DNA from: Mobula birostris
Lineage: Eukaryota
Reading direction: 5' to 3'
NCBI RefSeq assembly: GCF_030028105.1
Contig: NC_092382.1
Span: 100,332,699-100,396,698, forward strand
DNA length: 64,000 nucleotides
Below the pieces are notes generated by a model. The model had not been told where the DNA came from and made no database searches. It saw only the letters and a program-made list of their open reading frames with translations. The position numbers were made by a program, and so were the translations under genes. This document shows, one piece after another, positions 24,256 to 35,980 of this stretch. The number at the start of each line of letters is the position of its first letter. The first letter of the stretch is position 1.

Positions 24256-25003
24256 CGCCATCGGTAGTAGCGCAGAAATAGGTCGCCGCGTCCGCGGCCT
24301 TCACGCCCTCGACCTGGAGGGTGAACTCCTTATTCTCCTTTGCCCTGGTGATGACGAACCCGCTCTTGAAGTCCTCCTCCCGCCGGGCCTCGCTGTTGAG
24401 GTAGACGGACCCGATCAAGGCCAGCCCGCCGGTGGACGGTTGGCGGTACCGGAGCATGTAGTCACGGTGCTGCCCCTTCTGAAGGCACTTCATCTCTGCC
24501 GGCGCCCCCTGGTGGACGCTGAGAGATCCGGGCCGCTGGTGGATCTCATCGGCCGGGCAGACACCTGCATAGAGAGAAGTGATAGGGGTTAGGAAAAACA
24601 GTGATGGACGGCGATGTGTTGCGCTGCATACACTAACCACGCGCAAAAAGGATTCATTTGGAGACTCGAGCTGTGGCGAAGCGGTTCGCCTTACGGTATT
24701 AAAACGCCAGCAACACGAGTTCAGTTCCCGCATCTGACCGTGAGGAATTAGTCCGCGTGGGTTTCGTCCGGGCGGCCCCACATTCAGAAGACTGCCGGGT
24801 TATCGGGTTAATTAGTCGTTTTGGGGGTGTAATCGGGCAGTTTGGGCCGCGCCGCAGCTCAACGAGAAGCGAGAGTCGGAACTCGAAAAGAGTTTGAGAC
24901 ATTTTGAGAGGAGGAAGCGGACAGCCGGAGAGCGAAGAGCACGTTCTCACGTACACAGAGCCAGAGAGAAGATCGTAGCAGAGAGGCAGCGCGCAGGCAT
25001 CAT
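24256..25003 (-). pseudogene. TRBV: TCR beta V segment VB1 (family B), open frame but Trp41->Arg (ORF or pseudogene). Leader 25003-24955, V exon 24564-24256
   Basis: Leader MMPARCLSATIFSLAL T|GTACGT. Exon VCPADEIHQRPGSLSVHQGAPAEMKCLQKGQHRDYML-R-YRQPSTGGLALIGSVYLNSEARREEDFKSGFVITRAKENKEFTLQVEGVKAADAATYFCATTDG, with TGG->CGG. Confidence 0.88.
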
Positions 25004-27199
25004 TGCTACCGGGCCGAGGCGGGTTCTAGTTCTTCAGTTCGCTCGGCGGACTGAAAGGTAGGCGGGCGACGTCGGAAGCTGAGTGCGGGTCTCGGGTTAT
25101 CACCCCTCCCCTTCCTAACCGAACGAGACGGAGAGACACTCGTCGTGGTGCGGTGGAGCGGCCGCTTCCGGGGGCCACGATCGTGGTTCGAACCTGACCA
25201 CGGGCGCCGTCTGCTCATCGAGTTGCTGGGGAGTTTCCAAATTCCAAATTCTCTTTGCATAATTTGTTCACTTTGTAATGCATAGTCATTTCATTTATTT
25301 GCTCTGTACAGCTGTCGAAGAACAAGAAGTTCCACGACGTTGAACTCAGCAGTAATAAAACAGATTCCGTTCCACATAACATATATACAGTAGCATGCAA
25401 AAGTTTGGGCACCCCAGCCAAAATGTCTGCTACCGTGAATAGCTAAGCGAGGAAAACATGACCTGATTTCCGAAAGGCATAAAGTTAAAGACGACACATT
25501 TCTTTAATATTTTAAGCAAGATTACTTTTTTTTTATTTCCATCTTTTGCAGTTTCAAAATAACAAAAAAAAGCAAAAGGGGCCGAAACAAAGCGTTGCTA
25601 TCTATCTATCTATCTACCTGTCTGTCTGTCTATCTGTCCATCTGNNNNNNNNNNNNNNNNNNNNNNNNNNNNNNNNNNNNNNNNNNNNNNNNNNNNNNNN
25701 NNNNNNNNNNNNNNNNNNNNNNNNNNNNNNNNNNNNNNNNNNNNNNNNNNNNNNNNNNNNNNNNNNNNNNNNNNNNNNNNNNNNNNNNNNNNNNNNNNNN
25801 NNNNNNNNNNNNNNNNNNNNNNNNNNNNNNNNNNNNNNNNNNNNNNNNNNNNNNNNNNNNNNNNNNNNNNNNNNNNNNNNNNNNNNNNNNNNNNNNNNNN
25901 NNNNNNNNNNNNNNNNNNNNNNNNNNNNNNNNNNNNNNNNNNNNNNNNNNNNNNNNNNNNNNNNNNNNNNNNNNNNNNNNNNNNNNNNNNNNNNNNNNNN
26001 NNNNNNNNNNNNNNNNNNNNNNNNNNNNNNNNNNNNNNNNNNNNNNNNNNNNNNNNNNNCTATCCATCTATCTTTCAATCTCTCTATTTAACCGTCTGTC
26101 TATCTATCTATTTATCCATCTATCTATCTATCTATCCATCTAGCTAGCTAACTGTTCATCTTTCTGCCTCTCACTGCAGGCTCGTACTGAATTAGCTATT
26201 ACAGAGAATGCAGGCTAACAGCGACATAACTCTACGATGCGTGATGAATAACGATAAGAAGGTCATTTCCATCCAATAAACACTTCTAGGGTAAATATGA
26301 TTCAGGCGAACACAAACATCACAGTTTGAATGTCCCTTTAAGGGATGTTACATGTATGAATTTGCTGTTCGCCAGAAAGTAGTCATTTAAGGTACACTAG
26401 TATTAACTTAAATTGAAATTGCATTGATAAACTATATAATGGAAAATAAAGAACAGAGGCCCATCGTATATACACAAAATTTAGTCTGTAATCGGTGCAC
26501 GTCATCGTTGGAGCTTATCGTTGCGTTATCCACCCGGTTTGAATCACGTCGTTTACTCACCGTGCCGACGAATTCTGCCTGGAAACCCCGGCAAAATCCA
26601 GGCGTCGAACTTTCTCCACGGTCACGTGATAACTCACCAACGAAGAGTTCTCTGCGCAGTCTCCCTGAGAGCACAGTCGGCCTGAGGACCTTCCGACGTC
26701 AGTCTCTGTACCTCCAGACGCGCCGCGTCACCACGTCCATCGCCCGTTTCCATTTTCCCTCTTTCTCCTTCTTCGATACCGCTCTCGCTCGAAAAAATGG
26801 CCGCCGCCCTCTTCCTTTTTCCCCACGCTCTCTCCAGCATGCACCGAAGACAATTTCTATCGTCTACTTCAATTGAGACTCACTTACCAATCACCGAATT
26901 TTATTTTAAACAGCATACATAAAATACTCTATTAATTAATGTAACTACAGGAAAATCTGCGGAAAGTAAAATGCACAACAACATAACTGAACATGAACAT
27001 AGAGACATAGAAAACATACAGCACAATACAGGCCCTACAGCCCACAAAGCTGAGCTGAACATGTACTCACTTTACAAATTACCTGGGGTTACCCATCGGC
27101 CTTTATTTTTCAAAGCTGCATGTACCTATCCAGGACTCTCTTAAAAGACCCTATTAAATCCGCCTCCACCACCATCGCCGACATCACACTGTCTGTAAA

Positions 27200-27716
27200 A
27201 AATCTGAAGGTGAAAAGAGGACGGCTTCTACAACACACCTCAAAATCCACAATAGGCTACCACAAGAGGCACAAGTTGAAGGTTTTGCCATGGCCCTCAC
27301 AGTCCCCTGACCTAAACATCATCGAAAATCTGTGGATAGACCTCAAAAGAGCAGTGCATGCAAGACGACCCAAGACTCTCACAGAACTAGAAGCCTTTCG
27401 CAAGGTCGAATGGGCGAAACTCTTAGCTGGCTACAGAAAGCGTTTACAAGCTGTGATCCTTGCCAAGGGGGGTGTTACTAAGTACTGACCATGCGGGGTG
27501 CCCAAACTTTTGCCTCGGGACCTTTTGTTTTTTTTTGTTATTTTGAAACTGCAAAAGATGGAAATAAAAAGAAGTAATCTTGCTTAAAATAGTAAAGAAA
27601 TGTGTCATCTTTAACTTTATGCCTTTCGGAAATCAGGTTAGCTTTTCCTCGCTTAGCTATTCACAGTAGCAGATATTTTGGCTGGGGTGCCCAAACTTTT
27701 GCATGCCCCTGTGTAT
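27200..27716 (+). mobile_element. Tc1 transposase 3' end and IR/DR-type terminal repeat (partial mirror copy at 25386-25585)
   Basis: VLPWPSQSPDLNIIENLW..LQAVILAKGGVTKY; direct repeat GGGGTGCCCAAACTTTTGC at ~27496 and ~27684. Confidence 0.9.
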
Positions 27717-28096
27717 ATGTTATATGGAACGGAATCTGATTTATTACTGCTGATCGTGCAACTTCTTGTTCTGCGACAGCTGTACAGAGCAGATAAATGA
27801 AATGACTATGCATTACAAAGTGAGCAAATGATGCAAAGAGAATTCGTAATTTGGAAACTCCCCAGCAACTCGATGAACAGACGGCGCCCGTGGTCAGGTT
27901 CGAACCACGATCGTGGCTCCTGGAGGCGGCCGCTCGACTGCACCACGACGAGTGTCTCCCCACCCCCCCCCCCTCGTTCGGATAGGAAGGGGAGGGGTGA
28001 TAACCCGCGACCCGCCCTCGGCTTCCGATGTCGCCAGCCTTCCTTTCAGTCCGCCGAGCGAACTGAAGAACTAGAACCCGCCTCTGCCCGGCAGCA

Positions 28097-28846
28097 ATGA
28101 TGCCTGTGCGCTGCCTCCCTGCTGCGATCTTCTCTCTGGCTCTCTGTACGTGAGAACGCGCTCTTCGCTCTCCGGTTCTCCGCTTCCTCCTCTCAAAATG
28201 TCTCAAACTCTTTTCGAGTTCGGACTCTCGCTTCTCGTTGAGCTGCGGCGCGGCCCAAACTGCCCGATTACACTCGCAAAACGACTAATTAACCCAATAA
28301 CCCGGCAGTCTTCTGAATGTGGGGCCGCCCGGACGAAACCCACGCGGACTAATTCCTCACGGTCAGATGCGGGAACTGAACTCGTGTTGCTGGCGTTTTA
28401 ATACCATGAGGCGAACCGCTTCACCACCGCTCGAGTGTCCAAATGAATCCTTTCGCGCGTGGTTGGTGTATGCAGCGCAAAACAACGCCGTCCATCACCT
28501 TTTTTTCCCCAACCCCCTATCGCTTCTCTCTATGCAGGTGTCTGCCGGGCCGATGAGATCGACCAGTGGCCCGCATCTCTCAGCGTCCGCCAGGGGGAGC
28601 CGGCAGAGATGAAGTGCCTTCAGAAGGGGCAGCTCCGGGACAATATGCTCTGGTACCGCCAGCCGTCCACCGGCGGGCTGGCGCTGATTGGGTCCGTCTA
28701 CCTGAACAGCGAGGCCCGGCTGGAGGAGGACTTCAAGAGCGGGTTCGTCATCACCAGGGCTAAGGAGAATAAGCAGTCTACCCTGCAGGTCGAGAGTGTG
28801 AAGGCCGCGGACGCGGCGACCTATTTCTGCGCTACTACTGATGGCG
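28097..28846 (+). CDS. TRBV: TCR beta V segment VB2 (family B), apparently functional. Leader 28097-28145, V exon 28538-28846
   Basis: Leader MMPVRCLPAAIFSLAL T|GTACGT; acceptor atgcag|. Exon VCRADEIDQWPASLSVRQGEPAEMKCLQKGQLRDNMLWYRQPSTGGLALIGSVYLNSEARLEEDFKSGFVITRAKENKQSTLQVESVKAADAATYFCATTDG. Confidence 0.95.
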
Positions 28847-28885
28847 CACAGCGTTGTAGAGGTACTCGGCGCCAATACAAAAACT
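28847..28885 (+). other. 23-RSS of VB2
   Basis: CACAGCG + ttgtagaggtactcggcgccaat (23 nt) + ACAAAAACT. Confidence 0.96.
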
Positions 28886-29661
28886 CCAACAGGTTTCCCC
28901 GCAGAGCAACTCGGCCAGGGTTTCGGGGGCAGATCAACCTAGGTACAGAACCGGAACTGGATGGGCCGAGGGGCCTTTTACTTTGCTGCGGGTGTTCAAT
29001 GTCCCTGGCTAGGATTGGAATAGGTTTATCATTGTCACGCCACCAAGATATAGTGAAAGACTTTCTGTACATGCAGATCAAATCATTACACAGTACATTC
29101 AGGTCGAACAAGTTACGTAGGATGTCGAACCGGACAACACAGAAACAGGCCCTTCGGCCCACAATGTTGTGCTGACCCAGCTAAAATACAAATGGAAGCA
29201 ACTACCTGTATTTCTAAGCAATACAAATCACTTTGTAGAGATCTGTTTTCACTTTGACACAGAAGAGTTTTTTAGTTGATGAGTGTCGGAAAAAGCCAAA
29301 TTAAATCCACTGCGATACAGCTGATAACGTATCCGCTGAGCGGCATTTCTGCGCTGGTAGAAGAATTCTTCATGGGAGAGGTCCGAAGAGAAAGGCCTGG
29401 CTGGTTCAATGAGACTGGAAGGCGACGGTTACCCGCAAAGACCAACGTTACAACAGCCGTGGGCAGAACAGCGTCTCTGAACGCACAACACGTCGATCCC
29501 TAAGGCGGATGGGCGACAGCAGCAGAGGACGATGAGCCTACACTCAGTGGGCAGTCTGTTCGCTACAGCAGGTATCTAATGACGCTAATATCATACCCAT
29601 TGACCTGCTTACCTGGCTACCTGAAGCACTTTCCGTGCATCAACCCCTCCACCAAGTCTGC

Positions 29662-29711
<50 letters not shown>

Positions 29712-29858
29712 CTCCTTCTCCACAAGGGGGAAAGACAGATAGATATACAGAGAATAAGCGAGACAGGCAGATAGATAATATAGATAGATGGATAGATAGA
29801 TAGATAGATAGCTAGATAGACCGATAAATTAGATAGATAGATAGACAGTTAGATAGAT

Positions 29859-29896
<38 letters not shown>

Positions 29897-29998
29897 ACAC
29901 AGATAGACAGATAAATAGATAGATCGAGAGGGAGACAGCTTATTTCATACCCATTGACCTGCTTACCTGGCTAGCTAAACGTATATCCGTGTATCTGC

Positions 29999-30045
<47 letters not shown>

Positions 30046-30494
30046 CCTCTCTCTCTCTCCACAACAGAGAAAGACAGATAGATATACAGAGAATAAGCGA
30101 GACAGACAGATAGATAATATAGATAGATAGATAAATTAGATAGATATATAGATAGACAGATAGCTAGAGAGAGAGATAAACACAGATAGACAGATAAATA
30201 GATAGATCGACAGGGAGACTGTTAGAGAGAGAGACGATTATTGGTAGGTGGANNNNNNNNNNNNNNNNNNNNNNNNNNNNNNNNNNNNNNNNNNNNNNNN
30301 NNNNNNNNNNNNNNNNNNNNNNNNNNNNNNNNNNNNNNNNNNNNNNNNNNNNNNNNNNNNNNNNNNNNNNNNNNNNNNNNNNNNNNNNNNNNNNNNNNNN
30401 NNNCAGTAAGAAAGAGCAAGAGATAGATTATTATAGGTAGAAAGACAGACAGATAGAAAGATAGATAGATATCTATATAGATACATGGAAAGAT

Positions 30495-30825
30495 GGATTA
30501 ATCAAATTCAAAAGACAAGTGTACTGACCGGGAGTAAGAACTTGGGTGAATTGTGCGGAGTTGACAAAGTGGGTGTTTCTTTGCAGCAACAGCAGGGGGC
30601 GGCATCGGAGCACCGAATGCAACCGTCTCCTCCCGGCCAAGGAACAGGGACAGAGAGGAAACGGCAGTGACAGGAAGGGGATCCTGCCCTTCTGCCCCTC
30701 ACAGTTCCTCCGTGGAATTGTTGAAAGCGCAGATACGGTCAACCAAGAGTCAGGACAAATAAAGGGCAGTCTGGATGGGGTGGAAAGGAAGCAGGTCAAC
30801 CAAACATAGCCCGCAATGTTGACGC
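30495..30825 (+). promoter_or_regulatory. V-downstream module with CTCF core (30586-30605), 3' of VB2
   Basis: GCAACAGCAGGGGGCGGCAT. Confidence 0.6.
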
Positions 30826-33423
30826 TAACTTGCTAACAATCTCAACGTCTGATTTTTTTCTCCAGTCGCAGCTTTATGGGGGAAGGGCAAAGAGCCGAGC
30901 CATTGTTGAAAAGAAACTCACATAAAATCAAGGCTAGAGTTTGCCAGAAGGCTTGTGGGAGATTCTGAATCATCTGCGAGAAGATTTTATGGTCCGATGA
31001 AACTAAAATTGAGCTTTTTTGGCCATCGGCTGTGTTTCGCGTAAGATAAATGCTCACATCATCAAAAACACACCATCCTAACCGTGAAGCGTGATGGTGG
31101 CTGCATCATGCTGTGGGGATGTTTCACTGCAGCAGGCTCTGGAAGGCTTGTGAAGATAGAGGATAAAATGAATGCAGCAAAATACAGGGAAATCCCGGAG
31201 GAAAACCTGATGCAGTCTGCAAGAGAACTGCCACTGGGGAGGGGATTTGTTTCTCGTCAAGCGGTGACTCCAGGCATAAAGCAAATACTACACAGGAATG
31301 GTTTGAAAACAACAAAGTTAATGTCCTGGAGTGGCCAAGTCAGAGTCCAGACCTTACTCTAATTGAGAATGTGTGGCTGGACTTGAAAAGGACTGCTCAC
31401 TCATGATCCCCATGCAATCTGACAGATCTTGAGCTGTTTTGTAAAGAAGAATAGGGAAACATTGCAGTGTCCACATGTGCAAAGCTGATCGAGACCCATC
31501 AACACAGACTCAAGGCTGGAACTGCTGCCAAAGAGGCATCTACTCGTACTGACTTGAAGGGGGTTAAAACTTGGACAATCAATTATTTTTTGTTTTATGC
31601 GTATAATTAATTTAGATCACTTTGTAGCGGCCTGATTTCACACGGAAGAGTCTCTTTCTGTCTATCAGTGTCAAACTAGCCAAATTGCATCCACACTGAC
31701 TCAATGCTGTAAAACAAAAAAACATGAAAGCTTTCAAGGAGGGGTGCGTAATTTTCGCAGGCACTGTGTCCGACCATAAATCGGTAACGTCCAGGAGCAG
31801 AATTAGGCCACTGGCCCATCGATTCTGCCGCGCTATTTCATCATCCATTTTCTATCTCACCCCCAATCTTCACCCTTCTCACCGTATCCCTTGATCCACT
31901 GACCAATCAACTATCTATCAACATCTGCCTTAGATGTTCAACTGCGTGTGACAAACAAGTCCACCGATTCACTACTCTCCATCTAAAGAAATTCCTCCCC
32001 ATCTCCTTTCTGAAAGGACGGCCCTCGATTCTGAGGCTGTGTCCTCTGGTCTTATACTTATACTTTATACTTCATCGTCGCCAAACAATTGATACTAGAA
32101 CATACAATCATCACAGCGATATTTGATTCTGCGCTTCCTGCTCCCTGGATTACAGATATTAAATATTAAAAATTGTAAAAATTAGTAAATATTAACATTC
32201 TCAATTATAAATCATAAATAGAAAATGGAAAAACGGAAAGTAAGGTAGTGCGAAAAAAAAAACGAGAAGCAGGTCCGGATATTTTGAGGGTACGGCCCAG
32301 ATCCGGGTCCGGATCCGTTCAGCAGCCTTATCACAGTTGGAAAGAAGCTGTTCCCAAATCTGGCCGTAAGACTCTTCAAACTCCTGAGCCTTCTCCCTGA
32401 GGGAAGACGGACAAAAAGTATGTTGGCTGGGTGGGTCGTGTCCATGATTATCCTGGCAGCACTGCTCCGACAGCGTGCGGTGTAAAGTGAGTCCACGGAC
32501 GGAAGATTGGTTTGTGTGATGTGCTGTGCCGTATTCACGATCTCCTGCAGCTTCTTCAGGTCTTGGACAGGACAACTTCCAGACCAGGTGGTGGTGCACT
32601 CTATAATCTATCATACTCTCCCACCATAGGTAACATCCTCTCCACGTCCACTCTATCAAGGTCTATCAAAAGGCTTCAATCAGATCACCGCTCGTTCTTC
32701 CGAATTCCAGTGAATACAGGTCCACAGCCATCAGACACTCTTCATATGACAGGCCATTCAATCCTGCAATCATTTCCGTGAACCTCCTCTGAACCCTCCC
32801 CAGTTTCAGAACGAACTTTCTAAGATAAAAGGCCCACAACTGCACGTAACACTCCAGGTGAGGTCTGGAAAGCACCCTTTGAGGGAAACCTCCACAAGGA
32901 CTCCCAAATGTCGTTGCGCCTCAATGTATATTTCTATTTTCTCTCTATTTAGAAAACAGGCAATGCTTTCATATCGTCTGCCAAAGTGCAGGACCGTACA
33001 CTTCCCGACACTGTATTCTATCTGTAACTTCCACGCCCATTTTTCGAATCTGCCTCGTCCTTCTGCTCCTATCTCATTAACCCTTCCTGCCCCTCCACCT
33101 GCCTTGGTGTTGCCTGCAAACTTTACAACAAAGCCATCAACTCCACTATCCAAATCACTGACATATAATCTACAACTAACTGGTCCCAACCCGGATCCCT
33201 GTGGAACACCAGTACTCATTGGCAGCCAGTGAGAAAAGGCTCCCTTCATTCCCGCTAGCGGCCGCTCGACTGCACCACGACGAGTGTCTCCCCACCTCCC
33301 TCGTTCGGAAAGGGAGGGGCGGGGTGATAACCCGCGACCCGCCCTCGGATTCAGATATCGCCCGCCTTCCTTTCAGTCCGCCGAGCGAACTGAAGAACTA
33401 GAACCCGCCTCAGCCCGGCAGCA

Positions 33424-34170
33424 ATGGTGCCTGCGCGCTGCCTCTCTGCTGCGATCTTCTGTCTGGCTCTGAGTACGTGAGAACGCGCTTTTCGCTCTCC
33501 GGTTCTGCGCTTCGACCTCTCAAAGTGTCCAAAAGTCGTTTCGACTTCCGACTCTCGCTTCTCGTTGAGCTACGGCGCGGCCCAAACTGCCCGATTACAT
33601 TTCCAAAACGACTAATTAACCCACTGACCCGGCATTCTTCTGAATGTGGGGCCGCCCGGACTAAACCCACGCGAACTAATTCCTCACGGTCAGAGGCGGG
33701 AACTGAACTCGAGTTGCTGGCGTTTTAATACCGTGAGGCGAACCGCTTCGCCACCGAGCGAGTGTCCATATGAATCCTTTTTCGCGTGGTCAGTGTATGC
33801 AGCGCAACACATCGCCGTCCATCATTTTTTTTCCCAACCCCGATCTCTTCTCTCTATGCAGGTGTGTGCCGGGCCGATGAGATCCACCAGCGGCCCGGAT
33901 CTCTCAGCGTCCGCCAGGGGGTGCCGGCCGAGATGAAGTGCCTTCAGAAGGGGCAGCTCCGTGAGAACATGCTCTGGTACCGCCAGCCGTCCACCGGCGG
34001 GCTGGCCTTGATCGGGTCCGTCTATCTCAGCAGCGAAGCTCGGATGGAGGAGGACTTCAAGGGCGGGTTCGTCATCACCAGGGCAAAGGAGAATAAGGAG
34101 TCCACCCTCCAGGTCGAGGGCGTGAAGGCCGCGGACGCGGCGACCTATTTCTGCGCTACTACTGATGGCG
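33424..34170 (+). CDS. TRBV: TCR beta V segment VB3 (family B), apparently functional. Leader 33424-33472, V exon 33862-34170
   Basis: Leader MVPARCLSAAIFCLAL A|GTACGT; open 309-nt exon with Cys23, Trp41 and Cys104 (..QLRENMLWYRQ..VYLSSEARMEEDFKGG..YFCATTDG). Confidence 0.95.
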
Positions 34171-34209
34171 CACAGCGTTGTAGAGGTACTCGGCGCCAAT
34201 ACAAAAACT
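34171..34209 (+). other. 23-RSS of VB3
   Basis: CACAGCG + 23 nt + ACAAAAACT. Confidence 0.96.
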
Positions 34210-35001
34210 CCAACAGGTTTCCCCGCAGAGCAACTCGGCCAGGGTTTCGGGGGCAGATCAACCTAGGTACAGAACCGGAACTGGATGGGCCGAGGGGCCT
34301 TTTACTTTGCTGAAGGTGTTCTCCGTCTCTGGCTAGGATTGGAATAGGTTTATCATTGTCACGCCACCGAGATATAGTGAAAGACTTTCTGTACATGCAG
34401 AACAAATCATTACACAGTACATTCAGGTCGAACAAGTTACGTAGGATGCAGAACCGGACAACACAGAAACAGGCCCTTCGGCCCACAATGTTGTGCTGAC
34501 CCAGCTAAAAAGCAAATGGAAGCAACTACCTGTATTTGTAATCAATACAAATCACTTTGTACAGATCTGTTTTCACTTTGACACAGAAGAGTTTTTTACG
34601 TTGATGAGTGTCGGAAAAAGCCAGATTAAATCCACTACGATACAACTGATAACATATCCGCTGAGCGGCATTTCTGCGCTGGTAGAAGAATTCTTCACGG
34701 GAGACGTCCGCAGAGAAAGGCCAGGCTGGTTCAGTGAGACTGGAAGGCGACGGTTACCCGCAAAGTTCAACGTTACAACAGCCGTGTGCAGAACAGCGTC
34801 TCTGAACGCACAACACGTCGAACCCTGAGGCGGATGGGCGACAGCAGCAGAGGACGATGAGCCTACACTCAGTGGGCAGTCTTTTGTGTACAGCAGGTAT
34901 CTAATGCAGTGGCAACTGACGTTTATATCATACTCATTGACCTGCTTACCTGGCTAGCTAAACGTATATCCGTGTAACTACATCTCCACCAAGTCTGATA
35001 A

Positions 35002-35069
<68 letters not shown>

Positions 35070-35654
35070 CCCCCCCTCCCTCGCTCGCTCTCTCCTTCTC
35101 CACAACAGAGAAAGACATATAGGTATACAGAGAATGAGCGAGGCAGACAGATAGATAATATAGATAGACAGCTAGATAGATAGATAGATAGATAATATAG
35201 ATAGAGAGATAGATAATATAGATAGAGAGATAGATAATATAGATAGATAAATTAGATAGATAGATAGACAGTTAGAAAGAGAGAGAGAGATAAACACAGA
35301 TAGACAGAAAAACAGATAGATGGAGAGGGAGATAGTTTGAGCGAGATTAATATTGGTAGGTGGACGGATTTCTAGATATATAGATAGAAAGATACGTACA
35401 TAGATAGATAGATGGATAGAGGAAGAGGTAGATAAACAAATGGATAGATAGATAGATAGAGAGACAGACAGGCGGATAGGTAGGTAGATAGATAATTAAA
35501 TTGATATATAGACAGATATAGACAGATAGATGGACAGAGAGACAGTTAGAGAGAGCAAGAGATAGATTATTCGAGGTAGAAAGACAGACAGATAGATGAA
35601 TAGACAGATAGAAAGATAGATATATATGTATGTAGATACATGGAAAGATGGATG

Positions 35655-35980
35655 GATCAAAATCAACAGACAGATGGACTGACCGGGAGTAAGAACGGAG
35701 TTGGCAATTGTGCGGAGTTGACAAAGTGGGTATTTCTTTGCACCAACAGCAGGGGGCGACATCGGAGCACCAAATGCAACAGTTTCCGCCCGGCCAAGGA
35801 ACAGGGACAGAGAGGAAATCGCAGGGACAGGAAAGGGATCCTGCCCTTCTACCCCTCTCAGTTCCTCCGCGGAATTCTTGAAAGCGCAAATACGGTCAAA
35901 CAAGAGTCAGGACAAATAAAGGGCAGTCTGGATGGGGTGGACAGGAAGCAGGTCAACCAAACATAGCCCGCAATGTTGAC
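35655..35980 (+). promoter_or_regulatory. V-downstream module with CTCF core (35743-35762), 3' of VB3
   Basis: CCAACAGCAGGGGGCGACAT. Confidence 0.6.

Larger units (their letters stand above)
22485..25585 (-). repeat. Inverted copy of ~27510-30882 (VB1 unit versus VB2 unit), as assembled
   Basis: For example, 22486-22540 is the reverse complement of 30826-30882 and 25389-25585 mirrors 27510-27715. Confidence 0.9.
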
